Positions 36,686-47,546 of a DNA stretch of 64,000 bases are shown here, piece after piece. Both the position numbers and the translations under genes were made by a program. The stretch's first letter is position 1; every line of letters starts with the position of its first letter. The stretch comes from Candidatus Cloacimonadales bacterium. Lineage in GTDB: Bacteria; Cloacimonadota; Cloacimonadia; Cloacimonadales; JAIOQZ01. A model generated the notes under the pieces. That model was not told where the DNA came from. It made no database searches and saw only the letters and a program-made list of their open reading frames with translations. The stretch covers positions 96,001 through 160,000 of the forward strand of contig CAXXTU010000002.1 of NCBI GenBank assembly GCA_963662655.2. Direction: 5' to 3'.

Positions 36686-39004
36686 TCAGATCAACACGAT
36701 ATCGAGAATCTGATCGATGTGATTCACGTAGGTTGCCTTCATTCCTTTGCGGCTAACTTCGTCGATTTCCTCGAACTGGTCCATGTTCTCTTCCGGCAGG
36801 ATCACGTGATTGATCCCGGCGCGCTTGGCTGCGAGAACCTTCTCGCGCACGCCGCCGATCGGCAGGACTTTCCCGAGGAGGGTGATCTCCCCCGTCATGG
36901 CGATATCGTGGCGCACCTTTCGCTCGCTGAGGAGCGATGCCAGCGACGTCGTGAGCGTCACACCGGCCGAGGGACCGTCCTTGGGTATCGCACCGGATGG
37001 AAGGTGGATGTGAATATCGATCTTGTCGAAGTTCTCGACCTTGAATTTATACTCTTCTTGCTTACTCTTCAGATACGTCATGGAAATCTTCGCCGATTCC
37101 TGCATCACTTCGCCGAGAAGCCCCGTGAGGACCAGTTGCCCCTTGCCGGGCGACACCCTCGATTCGCAGAACAATATCTCCCCGCCGAATGAGGTGTAAG
37201 CCATGCCGGTCACCACGCTAATTTCAGGCTTGCGATTCGCCATTTCAAGCGAGAACTTGCGTACGCCCAGGAAGTCGCGAACGTTCTTGGCCGAAACGGT
37301 CACCAGCTTGTCGTTACCCTCCGCTACGCGACGCGCGATCTTGCGCATTACCTCGGCGATACGACGCTGGAGGTTGCGCACACCCGCTTCCCGCACGTAG
37401 TAGCGGTTGATTTCCTTGAGCGCTGTTTCCATAAAACGGACGTTCTTGCCGGTCAGTCCGTTGTTCTCCACCTCCTTCGGGACAAGATAGTGGCGCGCGA
37501 TCTTGATCTTTTCCTCCTCGATGTAGCTGGAGAACTCGATGATCTCCATGCGGTCCAGAAGCGGAGGCGGAATGGTGCTCAGGGAGTTGGCCGTCGTGAT
37601 GAACAGCACTTCCGAGAGGTTGAAGGGAAGATTGAGGTAGTTGTCCACGAACTTGTCGTTCTGCTCGGGATCGAGCACTTCCAGGAGCGCTGAAGACGGA
37701 TCTCCGCGGAAGTCCCTTCCGACCTTGTCGATCTCGTCGAGCATGAAGAGCGGATTCGCGGTGCCGCAGCGCTTGATCTCATTGATGATCTTGCCGGGCA
37801 TCGCGCCGACGTATGTTCTTCGGTGGCCGCGGATCTCCGCTTCGTCGTGAATGCCACCGAGGGAGATGCGGATGAATTCTCGGTTCATGGATCGCGCGAT
37901 CGAACGCCCGAGGGAGGTTTTACCCACGCCCGGAGGCCCCACGAAACACAGGATCGGTCCCTTGAGCGAGTGCCTCAGTTTCTTCACGGCGATGAATTCG
38001 AGAATGCGTTCCTTCGGCTTGTCCAGTCCGTAGTGGTCTTTGGTGAGAATCTGGTCGATGCGCTCGAGATCGAGCCGGTCTTCCGAGTACTTGGTCCACG
38101 GGATACTGATGAGCCAGTCGAGGTAGGTGCGGACAACTGAGTACTCGCTGGAGGCGGGAGACATCGCCGAGAGGCGTTCGAGTTCCTCCAGCGCGACATC
38201 GGCCACGTAATCGGGGAGGTTGGCATCTTCGATCGCCTTTTCCCATTTATCTCGCTCGATGTCCAGTTCGTCGCCTTCACCCAATTCCTTGCGGATGGCG
38301 TCGAGTTGCTCGCGCAGGTAGTACTTGCGCTGGTCTTCATCCATCTCGAGTTGGATGTTGCTTCGGATGCGGTTCTCCAGCTTCATCTGGCGGATCAGTT
38401 CCGAGAGGTAGCGGTTGAGCTTCTCGTAGCGCGATTTGACATTCCATGTGGAGAGGATGTCCTGCTTTTGCTCGATTTCGATGTTGACGTTCCCGGCGAT
38501 GATATCTGCAACCCGGCCATCCGGCTTGACGAGCTTGAGTCCCTGGATGAGCTCGCGGTTGACTTCGCTGCTCTCTTCCACGATCTTCTCGAGGAGCTCG
38601 ATGGAAATCTTCTTGAGCGCCGTGATGCGCGGGGAGGCTTTCTTGTTTTCGGGGATCGCCTCCACTTCCACCTGGAGGAACGGCTGGTCTTTCACCACCT
38701 TTTCCACACGGATGCGCGAGACGCCCTGCATGAGCAGGCTTATCGATCCATCGTTGTTGCGGATCATGCGCAGGATGGAAACCGCTGTACCGTATTCGTA
38801 TATGTCAAGATCGTTCTCCGATTCCGTGTCGTCGCGGGAAAGGAAGAATCCAAGTAGTTTATCTTTGCTCAGTGCGTAATCGATGACCTTCTTCAGGCTT
38901 TCGTTGGAGACAACCAACGGGATCATCAAATAGGGGAACATTACAATATTATTTACGTGAATAACGGGCAATGTCCTCGGTATTTTCTTGTTGATCTCAC
39001 TCAT
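36686..39004 (-). CDS. lon: ATP-dependent protease La (LonA)
   Basis: [34 protein letters not shown] catalytic Ser. Confidence 0.98.
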   Translation of the reverse strand: MSEINKKIPRTLPVIHVNNIVMFPYLMIPLVVSNESLKKVIDYALSKDKLLGFFLSRDDTESENDLDIYEYGTAVSILRMIRNNDGSISLLMQGVSRIRVEKVVKDQPFLQVEVEAIPENKKASPRITALKKISIELLEKIVEESSEVNRELIQGLKLVKPDGRVADIIAGNVNIEIEQKQDILSTWNVKSRYEKLNRYLSELIRQMKLENRIRSNIQLEMDEDQRKYYLREQLDAIRKELGEGDELDIERDKWEKAIEDANLPDYVADVALEELERLSAMSPASSEYSVVRTYLDWLISIPWTKYSEDRLDLERIDQILTKDHYGLDKPKERILEFIAVKKLRHSLKGPILCFVGPPGVGKTSLGRSIARSMNREFIRISLGGIHDEAEIRGHRRTYVGAMPGKIINEIKRCGTANPLFMLDEIDKVGRDFRGDPSSALLEVLDPEQNDKFVDNYLNLPFNLSEVLFITTANSLSTIPPPLLDRMEIIEFSSYIEEEKIKIARHYLVPKEVENNGLTGKNVRFMETALKEINRYYVREAGVRNLQRRIAEVMRKIARRVAEGNDKLVTVSAKNVRDFLGVRKFSLEMANRKPEISVVTGMAYTSFGGEILFCESRVSPGKGQLVLTGLLGEVMQESAKISMTYLKSKQEEYKFKVENFDKIDIHIHLPSGAIPKDGPSAGVTLTTSLASLLSERKVRHDIAMTGEITLLGKVLPIGGVREKVLAAKRAGINHVILPEENMDQFEEIDEVSRKGMKATYVNHIDQILDIVLI

Positions 39005-39466
39005 CTAAAGCTCCAATGTCGTGATATTCATATTCTTAAACAATCTACACCATTTCAGCGATCAACGCAAAAAAAGCAAGTGAAAAAATTGTGCGGAAAC
39101 GAATGATTCGAGCGCGGAGAATAACAGACCGTTCATTTTGAATTCAACATGAAAATTCTGCCATTTTTAAGGGAATAACGATCGCGTGAACCATGGGGCG
39201 TCTCTTTTCTCAAAAAAACGCAGATAGCTCTTTCTCAAATCGGGTAAATCACGGAGGAAAATCACGCATTCCGGGGAACGATAGACGCCGTTTTCGACAT
39301 TTTTTTATTTAATTTTTCAGGAACCTCCGATTGGGGAAGTCGGTGTTAAAATGCGGATAAACATAGTGATAAGGCGATTCTCTCTCGATTGCCAACACAA
39401 AAATACAGGCCGCACATTCCCTATTCAGAAAAAAAACCGCAGAAAAGAAAAAAACGCTTGACGTAT

Positions 39467-39522
39467 GCACACAGAAATTCAAAAATCCGCACAAGATATC
39501 AGATATTCTCACTTGTTCTCAC
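39467..39522. promoter_or_regulatory. Putative MraZ-binding 10-bp-period repeats (reverse orientation) at dcw promoter
   Basis: CAC/CAA/CAC/CAG/CAC/CAC at 39470, 39480, 39490, 39500, 39510, 39520, downstream of TTGACG at 39458. Confidence 0.45.
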
Positions 39523-39540
39523 ATTAACGGGGGTCTCAAC

Positions 39541-39984
39541 ATGGCGATTGATTTTACCGGAAGCTTTGAAGGCGCAATCCACAAACAGCGGATTGTCATA
39601 CCTTCGGACTTCCGTAAGCAGTTGGACGAAGAAGCTTTCTGGGTAGCTACTTTGCGCCCGGGGCAGAACCCTACGATCCTGCTTTACCCGCAGGATAACT
39701 GGCAAAAGATTCGTGAGAAGCTCAAAGGCGGTGAGCAGCGAGAACGGAAGATTCTATCCTTCTTCCAGTTCTACGCGATGGCGCCTCAGCAGTACGAAGG
39801 TCCCGGAAGGATCAAGCTGACACCCAAGCTCCTCGAGAAGGCCGGCCTTGACGACAAGGCTATCCTGATGGGAGAGACCGATTTCATATCGATCTGGGAG
39901 CCGGGTCGATTCGATCAGGAAGAGCAGAAACGTATCGCCAGCATCGTTAGCGATGTATTCGAATCCACGGACTTCCAGATATGA
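39541..39984 (+). CDS. mraZ: Transcriptional regulator MraZ
   Basis: F.G.F..R..IP..FR, GRI.L, I.IW; first gene of dcw cluster. Confidence 0.9.
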   Translation: MAIDFTGSFEGAIHKQRIVIPSDFRKQLDEEAFWVATLRPGQNPTILLYPQDNWQKIREKLKGGEQRERKILSFFQFYAMAPQQYEGPGRIKLTPKLLEKAGLDDKAILMGETDFISIWEPGRFDQEEQKRIASIVSDVFESTDFQI

Positions 39985-40919
39985 GCCAGTACCACGTGCC
40001 CGTAATGCTTCACGAGACCCTGGACGGATTGAACATCCGTCCTGGTTGCGTCTACGTGGACGCTACCCTTGGCGGGGGGGGGCACACGCGTGTGATGCTG
40101 GAGCAATATCCCGACATCACGGTCTACGGGTTTGACCGCGATCCCGACGCGATTGCGCAGAACGAGGACTTGATGAGCAAATACGGCGATCGCTTCAAAG
40201 CGATTCACGCCAACTACTCGGAGATTCGCACGCAGCTCTCGCTCAACTTCGTCCGCAAAGTCGACGGCATCCTGTTTGATCTGGGTGTGTCATCGCACCA
40301 GTTCGATAGCCCCAAGCGAGGGTTCGGATTCCAGGAGGACGCCCCGCTGGACATGCGCATGGACCCCACAGAGGGAGAGTCGGCAGCCGATATCGTCAAC
40401 AACATGCCGGTGGACGACCTGAAGAAGCTGTTCTGGGAATATGGCGAGGAACGGGAATCGGGCCGCATCGCCCGGGCGATCGAGAAATACCGGCTGGAAA
40501 AAGATATTCTGACAACCGGCGAACTTGCCGGGATCGTTGACCGAGCGACGCTTTCGCATCTGAAGGCCAAGGCTCGGGCGAGGATTTTCCAGGCGCTTCG
40601 TATTCATGTAAACCGCGAGTTGGACCACCTGCAGAAGGGACTGAAAGACGCGGTCGATTTACTGGAAGAGAAAGGGAGGATCGTAACCATCGCGTATCAC
40701 AGCCTCGAAGATCGGGCCGTGAAGCAGTATTTCATATTCGAAGAAAAATCGTGTTTATGCCACCCGTCGTTACCCACATGCATGTGTTCCAAGAAGTCGA
40801 GATTGAATATCATTACTCGTAAACCGCTTCGACCAGGGGAAGAGGAAGTCAGCAGAAACAGCAGGGCCCGGAGCGCCAAATTACGTATTGCCGAGAAGAA
40901 GGGGGAATCGAATGCGTAA
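39981..40919 (+). CDS. rsmH: 16S rRNA m4C1402 methyltransferase
   Basis: HVPVML, DATLGGGGH, DLGVSS.Q, LDMRM, FQALRI.VN, YHSLEDR, RARSAKLR. Confidence 0.97.
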   Translation: MSQYHVPVMLHETLDGLNIRPGCVYVDATLGGGGHTRVMLEQYPDITVYGFDRDPDAIAQNEDLMSKYGDRFKAIHANYSEIRTQLSLNFVRKVDGILFDLGVSSHQFDSPKRGFGFQEDAPLDMRMDPTEGESAADIVNNMPVDDLKKLFWEYGEERESGRIARAIEKYRLEKDILTTGELAGIVDRATLSHLKAKARARIFQALRIHVNRELDHLQKGLKDAVDLLEEKGRIVTIAYHSLEDRAVKQYFIFEEKSCLCHPSLPTCMCSKKSRLNIITRKPLRPGEEEVSRNSRARSAKLRIAEKKGESNA

Positions 40920-41256
40920 GAAATTGGTACTATTGTCCGTATTTGTCGCGTTTTTAGTATTTATGCACTATTTCAACAAACATCACATTCTCAACTGCGA
41001 GAAGGACATCGTTCAGCTTGAGAAGATTTGCGCCGCGGAGAGGCTCGTGAACAGCGACCTCAAGCTCGAGTACATCCGCCTCAGCGCGCGGGAAAGAATT
41101 TTGAAATACGCCGAGCAAAAGCTGGATATGGTTTTGCCGGATCAATCGAACAACAGCGTCCATTACGTTAAAGAAACACGGTTGAGTGACGAAACGAAGC
41201 GTTTCAGCCTGATCGATTTCTTTGTCCCTTCTATGGAAGCGCTTACCCGGAAATAG
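40912..41256 (+). CDS. ftsL: Cell division protein FtsL
   Basis: Position between rsmH and ftsI; N-terminal TM, coiled coil, L.LE...L...RI...A...L.M..P. Confidence 0.75.
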   Translation: MRKKLVLLSVFVAFLVFMHYFNKHHILNCEKDIVQLEKICAAERLVNSDLKLEYIRLSARERILKYAEQKLDMVLPDQSNNSVHYVKETRLSDETKRFSLIDFFVPSMEALTRK

Positions 41257-41266
41257 TCTCGATCCC

Positions 41267-43420
41267 ATGAAGCTCCGGTATTACACGCTCCTTGGAATAA
41301 ACGCACTGCTCGTGCTTGTGTGGATGGTGCACCTGTTTGCTGTGCAGGTGCTCGACGTGCATAAGCTCAGCGGGACTGCGCGTTTGCGTTACAACCCCAA
41401 GAACGAAATCCTCATTCCGTATCGCGGCAACATTTACGACCGCAACGGCGACCTGCTGGTCGGTTCGGTAAAAAACTTCCAGGTGGAAGTTCACCGTCCC
41501 ACCATCGAGCTCTGGTGCAAGAAGCACGACATGCAGGTCTCGGCTTACTACGACACGCTCGCGACCCTCTTCGCGAAGAACAGCGATCTGACGAAAAGCT
41601 ATGTTCTGAACAAGCTGAATGGAAGTGGCGGGGCATCCTCGGTTGTCCTCTCCAATCGCATCAAGGAATCGCAGTTGGTGCTCATCAACAACACGATCCA
41701 GGAGAAGGGCTACCCCCGGCTGATCAGCAGCTTCCACTCCATGAAGCGTACCTACGCGCAGGGCGATCTCGCCGCGCGCATGCTGGGAATCGTGCAGGAA
41801 GAATCGCTGAACAGCAGCAACAGCATTTACACCCTAAAGGGCGTGTGCGGAATCGAGTATGCGCTGGACAACTACCTCCAGGGCGAGCCGGGCTGGCGCA
41901 AGGTGATGTACGACGGCAATCAGCGCGAGATCCCCGATCGCGAGATGAAGGAGAAGAAGGCGCGCAATGGTTACAACGTCGAACTGACCATCGACTCCGA
42001 GTTCCAGGAAATCCTGGAAGTGAATCTCAGTAAGGCCATGGACGAATACAGCGCCAAGAACGCGCTCGGCGTCATCATGGACCCGAACAATGGGCACATT
42101 CTGGCGATGACCGGCCTCTCGCAGTTCGACAAGCACAAGCAGACGTCCGCGATCCGCGCTCTGGCAAACATGCCAATCTCTTTCCTCTTCGAGCCGGGTT
42201 CGACGATGAAGCCGTTTACCTCCCTTCTGGCCATAGAGAAGAACCTTTACAAAGGTTCGGACATGATCGATTGCAGGAAGTATCGCCTTGAAAGGCGTAC
42301 CATCAGCGATGCGCACGAGTTCAAAATGCTCAGTTTCAAGGATGTTCTGGCGCACTCAAGTAATGTCGGTATCGCTAAAGTTGCTGAGAAGGTAGGAGAG
42401 AAAAGCCTCTATAAACGTTTGACGGAAGTTGGCTTTGGCCTGAAGACGGGTCTCGAAGTAACCGGCGAGAATCCCGGAATATTCCGCAAGCTCAAGGACT
42501 GGAACGGATTCAGTCTGCATTCGATTTCATTCGGGCAGGAGATCGCCGTGACCGCGGTGCAGCTTGCCAGTTCATACATCCCGCTGGCCAACCACGGCAA
42601 GGTGATTCAGCCTACACTCGTAAAACGCGTTTACGATGAGAACAACGAGACGATCTTCGAGCACAAGACCGAAGTGCTTCGCACGATATCCGATCAAGCT
42701 TCGCTGGATACGCTTCGTACATACATGGCGGCCGTCGTCGAATACGGAACGGGTACTGCGGCGCAATTTCCTCGGGTCTCGATTGCCGGTAAAACTGGGA
42801 CCGCCGAGAAGATGAAAGCGGGTGGCGGATATTCCGATGACAAGTATACATCCGTTTTCGCAGGCTACTTCCCGGTTGAGAACCCTCAGCTGTTGATGGT
42901 TGTCGTGATCGACGAACCGGTCTACAAATACCATTATGCCTCGATGTCTGCGGTTCCGACCTTCCGCGACATTACGGAAAACATCCTCGCACTGCCCACT
43001 TGCCGAATCATGCCGGACATCCGTAGCGACAAACATGAAATGATCGAGATGCCGAGCGTTGAGGGACTTTCCGTCACCGAAGCGGTGCGCGTCCTCAATC
43101 AGCAGCATATCGCGTTCGAACACCTTGTCCGCGATCCAGACGGCGTGGTGATCAATCAGTATCCCAAGGCTGGAGTCGCATTCGAGAAAGACAACAAAGT
43201 CGTCATCGTGATCGACCATGAAGCGGAAACCGCCGAGAAAGTGAGTTCCTCTTCGACCATGCCCAACCTGATCGGGCTCACTCTTCGCCGGGCGGCCGAT
43301 CTGGCACGGAGAAGCAATATCAAGCTTACCGTGAAGGGGAACGGCGTGGTCTCCAAACAGTCCATCGAGGCAGGCGAGAAAATCAATTACGGGCAGGTAT
43401 GCAAGGTGGTGGCGCGATGA
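41267..43420 (+). CDS. ftsI: Class B PBP (FtsI) with two PASTA domains
   Basis: RGNIYDRNG; STMK, SSN, KTGT motifs; MP.V.G / MPNLIG PASTA repeats. Confidence 0.93.
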   Translation: MKLRYYTLLGINALLVLVWMVHLFAVQVLDVHKLSGTARLRYNPKNEILIPYRGNIYDRNGDLLVGSVKNFQVEVHRPTIELWCKKHDMQVSAYYDTLATLFAKNSDLTKSYVLNKLNGSGGASSVVLSNRIKESQLVLINNTIQEKGYPRLISSFHSMKRTYAQGDLAARMLGIVQEESLNSSNSIYTLKGVCGIEYALDNYLQGEPGWRKVMYDGNQREIPDREMKEKKARNGYNVELTIDSEFQEILEVNLSKAMDEYSAKNALGVIMDPNNGHILAMTGLSQFDKHKQTSAIRALANMPISFLFEPGSTMKPFTSLLAIEKNLYKGSDMIDCRKYRLERRTISDAHEFKMLSFKDVLAHSSNVGIAKVAEKVGEKSLYKRLTEVGFGLKTGLEVTGENPGIFRKLKDWNGFSLHSISFGQEIAVTAVQLASSYIPLANHGKVIQPTLVKRVYDENNETIFEHKTEVLRTISDQASLDTLRTYMAAVVEYGTGTAAQFPRVSIAGKTGTAEKMKAGGGYSDDKYTSVFAGYFPVENPQLLMVVVIDEPVYKYHYASMSAVPTFRDITENILALPTCRIMPDIRSDKHEMIEMPSVEGLSVTEAVRVLNQQHIAFEHLVRDPDGVVINQYPKAGVAFEKDNKVVIVIDHEAETAEKVSSSSTMPNLIGLTLRRAADLARRSNIKLTVKGNGVVSKQSIEAGEKINYGQVCKVVAR

Positions 43421-46200
43421 AACGTCAACTTACGATCGATCGACTGATTGCGCTTCTCCAGGTGAAGGATATCCTCGTGGAGCACGACATCCCCGCCGGC
43501 GTGGTTGCAAACAAGCCGGAGACCGATTCGCGCCGGGTTGAAGAGAATGATCTCTTCATCTGCATCCGCGGATTTCAGGTGGACGGCCACCAGTATGCCT
43601 CCAGAGCGGCTTTGCAGGGCGCGAAAGCTCTCATAGTGGAAGAGCGGCTCGATGTCGATCTTCCGCAGATTGTCGTGAAGAACGCCCGTAAGGCGGCCGC
43701 GCTGGCAGCGAAAATCTATTACGACGATCCGACGTCGAAGTTCCATCTGATCGGCGCGACGGGAACGAACGGCAAGACGACGATCACGCACATGATCCGC
43801 AGCTTGCTCGCATACGCCGGATACAAGACGGGGCTGATCGGTACGCTGGGATACTATATCAATCAGGAATACCATCCGTCCGAGCGCACGACGCCGGACA
43901 TCATGGAACTGAATCGCATCTTTGCCGGGATGGTGGAAGAAGGCGTTCAGTGTGTGGTCATGGAGGTGTCCTCGCACGCGGTCGCGCTGGACCGGATCTA
44001 CGGTTTGAATTTCGATCTGGCCGTGTTCTCCAATCTGACGAGGGATCACCTCGACTTCCATGAAACGCTGGAGAACTACAAGAAAGCCAAGTTCACGCTT
44101 TTCGATTATCTTACGGAAAATGATGGTGTGGCAGTGGTGAACATCGACGACCAGTACGGCGAGGAGCTGTTTGGGCTGCTCGATTGCGAGAAGAAGAGTA
44201 TCTCCTTCGAGCGTGGAAACTATCTTATCGACAGGACCAGCAGCTCGATCCTGGGCTGTGAATTCGAGCTCCATTTCGACGGAGCGGTTGAGCCGTACAA
44301 CATTAATTTTATCGGTAAACACAATGTTCTCAACACGGCGCTCGCGATTGCGGCAATCAAGGAAAGCTACGATGTGACGCTGCACACGTTGCAGGATGCG
44401 CTGAAATCCATACAGAACGTCGAAGGCAGGCTGGAACCGGTATTCCCGGGAAGCAGCGTGTACATCGACTACGCTCATACGCCGGACGCATTACAGCATG
44501 TGCTGGAATCCCTGAAAGAGATTCCGCATCGCAGGTTGATCTGCGTTTTCGGCGCGGGTGGGGATCGCGACCGTGGGAAACGCCCCGAGATGGGAGCTAT
44601 CGCTGCCAATCTTGCGGACGTCGTTATCGTGACCAACGATAATCCCCGCAACGAATCCCCCGAATCCATCATCCGGGGCATTGTACGCGGAATCGACGCG
44701 GATGCACCGTTGTGGATTCTTCGCGACCGTAAGCTTGCCATCGAGGCTGCAATACGCCTCGCAGGAAAGAACGATATCGTGTTGATCGCCGGCAAAGGGC
44801 ACGAGAAGTATCAGCAAATCGGAAACCGCAAGCTGGATTTCGACGATCTGCAAATCGCCCGTGACGCCATTGCGAAGCTTCGGCACCGCGAGGAAGCGGG
44901 AGATGTCGCGACCATCGAACTGGATATTCCCATCGACGTCATGATGCTGGAACGCCTTTGGAACGTTAAGGTCGATCCGGCGGAGAAATACTATCGCATC
45001 ATTTCCACCGACACACGCACCATCCAGCCCGGATCGCTGTTCTTCGCGATTAGGGGCGACCGCTTCGACGGGCACAGCTTCGTGTTCGACGTCCTCGATG
45101 TGGAGGATTGTCTGGCTGTGGTGTCGCGTGAATACGATCGTTCAAATTGCCTGAAGGTCGAGGACACGACGGTTGCCTACCAGAAGCTGGCGCAGGCTTA
45201 TTGCAAGGTTTTCCCGGCAAAGCGCATCGGTGTTACCGGAAGCGTGGGGAAGACGACGACCAAGGCGATGCTGAACAACATCCTGAGCCTCGATGGCAAG
45301 GTACTCTGCTCGCACGCCAACGAAAACAACCAGCTTGGCGTCCCGAAGAACCTCTTCAAGCTGCGGGTGCAGCACGACTTCGCGATCATCGAGCTCGGAA
45401 CCAACCACCCGGGCGAGATGAAGCCCATCTCAGACACGCTTTCGCCGGAGATCGGACTGATCACGTCGATCGGTCCATCGCATCTGGAATACTTCAAGGA
45501 CATCGAAGGCGTCGCGAGAGAGAAAGCGGCCCTGCTCGATTGCACGACGGGGACGCGGATCGTTCCCTCGGATTTCCCACTGAAAGAGCATCGCAAGAGC
45601 AGCATCACATTCGGGATGAAAGGAACGTACCGGTTAACGAATATCGAGCCCTCCGAGAAGGATGTCACCTTCACGGTGGGTGAGCAGGCGTTCAGGATTC
45701 CGACCCCTGTTCCGTACCTTGCGGAAAACGCGCTGGCCGCGATTGCCGTGGCCAGGGAGCTTGGAATCGTCGATGAGAAGATTCACGAGGGACTCCTGAA
45801 GCCGCTTGAGATCGGCTTGCGGATGAGCATCTACCAATCGGGAAGCCGGACAATCATCGCGGATTGCTACAATGCCAATCCTACTTCGATGACAGCGGCG
45901 ATTCGCTTTTGGAGAGGCTTTCAGCCGGAGCGCTTTCATGTGGCGTTCCTGGGAGACATGCTGGAACTGGGCGAATACAGCGAGAAATATCATCGCGCGA
46001 TCGGGAAGGAACTCAAGGGCCCCGGAATGCGCATTATAACTGTAGGCGAGCACGCCATACACTATTGTGGAAGCTACCATTACGAGAATGTTAAAAGCTT
46101 GCTGGAGACAAACATCATCGAAGATTTACCTGAAAATGCGGTGATCCTGATCAAGGCGTCGCATGGAATTCATCTGGAAAAACTGACGGGAAGGTTGTAG
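43417..46200 (+). CDS. murE-murF: Fused MurE-MurF ligase
   Basis: MurE: GTNGKTT, EVSSH, DHLDFH, DYAHTPD, DNPR, AGKGHE; then in the same frame MurF: TDTR, GSVGKTTTK, ELG.NH.GE, DCYNANP.S, GDMLELG, KASHG. Confidence 0.95.
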   Translation: MKRQLTIDRLIALLQVKDILVEHDIPAGVVANKPETDSRRVEENDLFICIRGFQVDGHQYASRAALQGAKALIVEERLDVDLPQIVVKNARKAAALAAKIYYDDPTSKFHLIGATGTNGKTTITHMIRSLLAYAGYKTGLIGTLGYYINQEYHPSERTTPDIMELNRIFAGMVEEGVQCVVMEVSSHAVALDRIYGLNFDLAVFSNLTRDHLDFHETLENYKKAKFTLFDYLTENDGVAVVNIDDQYGEELFGLLDCEKKSISFERGNYLIDRTSSSILGCEFELHFDGAVEPYNINFIGKHNVLNTALAIAAIKESYDVTLHTLQDALKSIQNVEGRLEPVFPGSSVYIDYAHTPDALQHVLESLKEIPHRRLICVFGAGGDRDRGKRPEMGAIAANLADVVIVTNDNPRNESPESIIRGIVRGIDADAPLWILRDRKLAIEAAIRLAGKNDIVLIAGKGHEKYQQIGNRKLDFDDLQIARDAIAKLRHREEAGDVATIELDIPIDVMMLERLWNVKVDPAEKYYRIISTDTRTIQPGSLFFAIRGDRFDGHSFVFDVLDVEDCLAVVSREYDRSNCLKVEDTTVAYQKLAQAYCKVFPAKRIGVTGSVGKTTTKAMLNNILSLDGKVLCSHANENNQLGVPKNLFKLRVQHDFAIIELGTNHPGEMKPISDTLSPEIGLITSIGPSHLEYFKDIEGVAREKAALLDCTTGTRIVPSDFPLKEHRKSSITFGMKGTYRLTNIEPSEKDVTFTVGEQAFRIPTPVPYLAENALAAIAVARELGIVDEKIHEGLLKPLEIGLRMSIYQSGSRTIIADCYNANPTSMTAAIRFWRGFQPERFHVAFLGDMLELGEYSEKYHRAIGKELKGPGMRIITVGEHAIHYCGSYHYENVKSLLETNIIEDLPENAVILIKASHGIHLEKLTGRL

Positions 46201-46201
46201 T

Positions 46202-47305
46202 ATGTTCTATCATTTGTTTTCACCGCTTGCAGATATGAGTATTGTATTCAACGTCTTTCGCTACGTAACCTTCCGATCCGTCGCGGCGTTCATCACGGCG
46301 CTCGTGTTTTCCTTCCTGCTTGGGCCGCGGTTGATTCGCCTCCTGAAGGAGCGTCAGGCTGTTGAAATGATCAACAGCTACGTCCCCGAAGCGCACAAGA
46401 GCAAACAGGGTACTCCCACGATGGGTGGATTGATCATCCTCAGCGGGTTGATTATCTCCTCGCTGCTGTGGAACAATCTGGTGAACACAAATATCCTGTT
46501 CATGTACCTGACAATGCTCTGGCTGGGCGGCTTGGGATTTCTGGATGATTACCTGAAGAATTTCAAGAAACTGGAAAAGGGACTGGTCGCACGCTACAAG
46601 CTTTACGGTCAGATATCGCTGGGCCTGATTATCGGTCTGGCGCTGTACATGAATCACTCGAACGTACCCAACATTACCGAGATCAGCCTTCCGTTCTTCA
46701 AGGGTGTCACCATCTCGCTGGGGATATTTTTCATTCCCTTCGTGATCCTCATGATCACGGGAACATCCAACGCCGTCAACCTGACCGACGGTCTGGACGG
46801 GCTCGCCGGGGGAACAACGGCGATCGCTTCTTTCGCGATTGGCATCATGGCGTATCTCAAGGGAAACATCAAGCTGGCGGATTATCTTCATCTGGAATTC
46901 ATGCCGGAGGCGGGTGAGCTGACCGTCTTCACGGCCGCGCTGATCGGAACGCTGCTGGGCTTTTTGTGGTACAACATCAAACCGGCGGAAATTTTCATGG
47001 GGGACACCGGTTCGCTCACGCTGGGTGGAATCCTGGCAAACCTGGCGATCCTCCTGAAGGAAGAGATTTTTTTCGTTATCGTAGGCGGAATTTTTGTGAT
47101 GGAGGCGTTGTCGTCCATCATGCAGAGGTATTATTTTAAATATTCACGTTACAGGACAGGGACCGGGAAACGGATATTCCGATGTGCTCCTTTGCATCAT
47201 CACTACGAGTTGAAAGGGATGTCGGAGGAGAAGATCGTCGTTCGGTTCTGGATCGTGGCGACGCTGCTCGCAGCGATTGGCCTGGCCACCATCAAACTGC
47301 GCTGA
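46202..47305 (+). CDS. mraY: Phospho-N-acetylmuramoyl-pentapeptide transferase
   Basis: K.GTPTMGG, DDY, NAVNLTDGLDGL, FMGDTGS, APLHHH. Confidence 0.97.
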   Translation: MFYHLFSPLADMSIVFNVFRYVTFRSVAAFITALVFSFLLGPRLIRLLKERQAVEMINSYVPEAHKSKQGTPTMGGLIILSGLIISSLLWNNLVNTNILFMYLTMLWLGGLGFLDDYLKNFKKLEKGLVARYKLYGQISLGLIIGLALYMNHSNVPNITEISLPFFKGVTISLGIFFIPFVILMITGTSNAVNLTDGLDGLAGGTTAIASFAIGIMAYLKGNIKLADYLHLEFMPEAGELTVFTAALIGTLLGFLWYNIKPAEIFMGDTGSLTLGGILANLAILLKEEIFFVIVGGIFVMEALSSIMQRYYFKYSRYRTGTGKRIFRCAPLHHHYELKGMSEEKIVVRFWIVATLLAAIGLATIKLR

Positions 47306-47326
47306 TGTGCAAAGCGAGAGGTTGAA

Positions 47327-47539
47327 ATGAGTAACGAGACGATTCAGATTTGCTGCGCTTGCAACAAGATACAGCAAAACGAGAAATGCTGGGACTACGA
47401 TATTCCGGCCAATTTCGTGTCTGCGACCCTGACTTACGGGCTGTGTCCGCAGTGCATGCGCGAAATGTATCCCGTCGAGAAGGACAAGCAAAGAAACAAT
47501 CCTTTCGCAAGGCTCAAAGAAGCATATAGTATAACATAG
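47327..47539 (+). CDS. Small Cys-rich putative Zn-ribbon protein
   Basis: GAGG RBS; ICCACNKI...W...LTYGLCPQC; fills the mraY-murD gap. Confidence 0.75.
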   Translation: MSNETIQICCACNKIQQNEKCWDYDIPANFVSATLTYGLCPQCMREMYPVEKDKQRNNPFARLKEAYSIT

Positions 47540-47546
47540 TAATGGA

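Noticed and set aside
40074..40082. G9 run in rsmH
   Set aside because: In frame; encodes the conserved GGGGH motif
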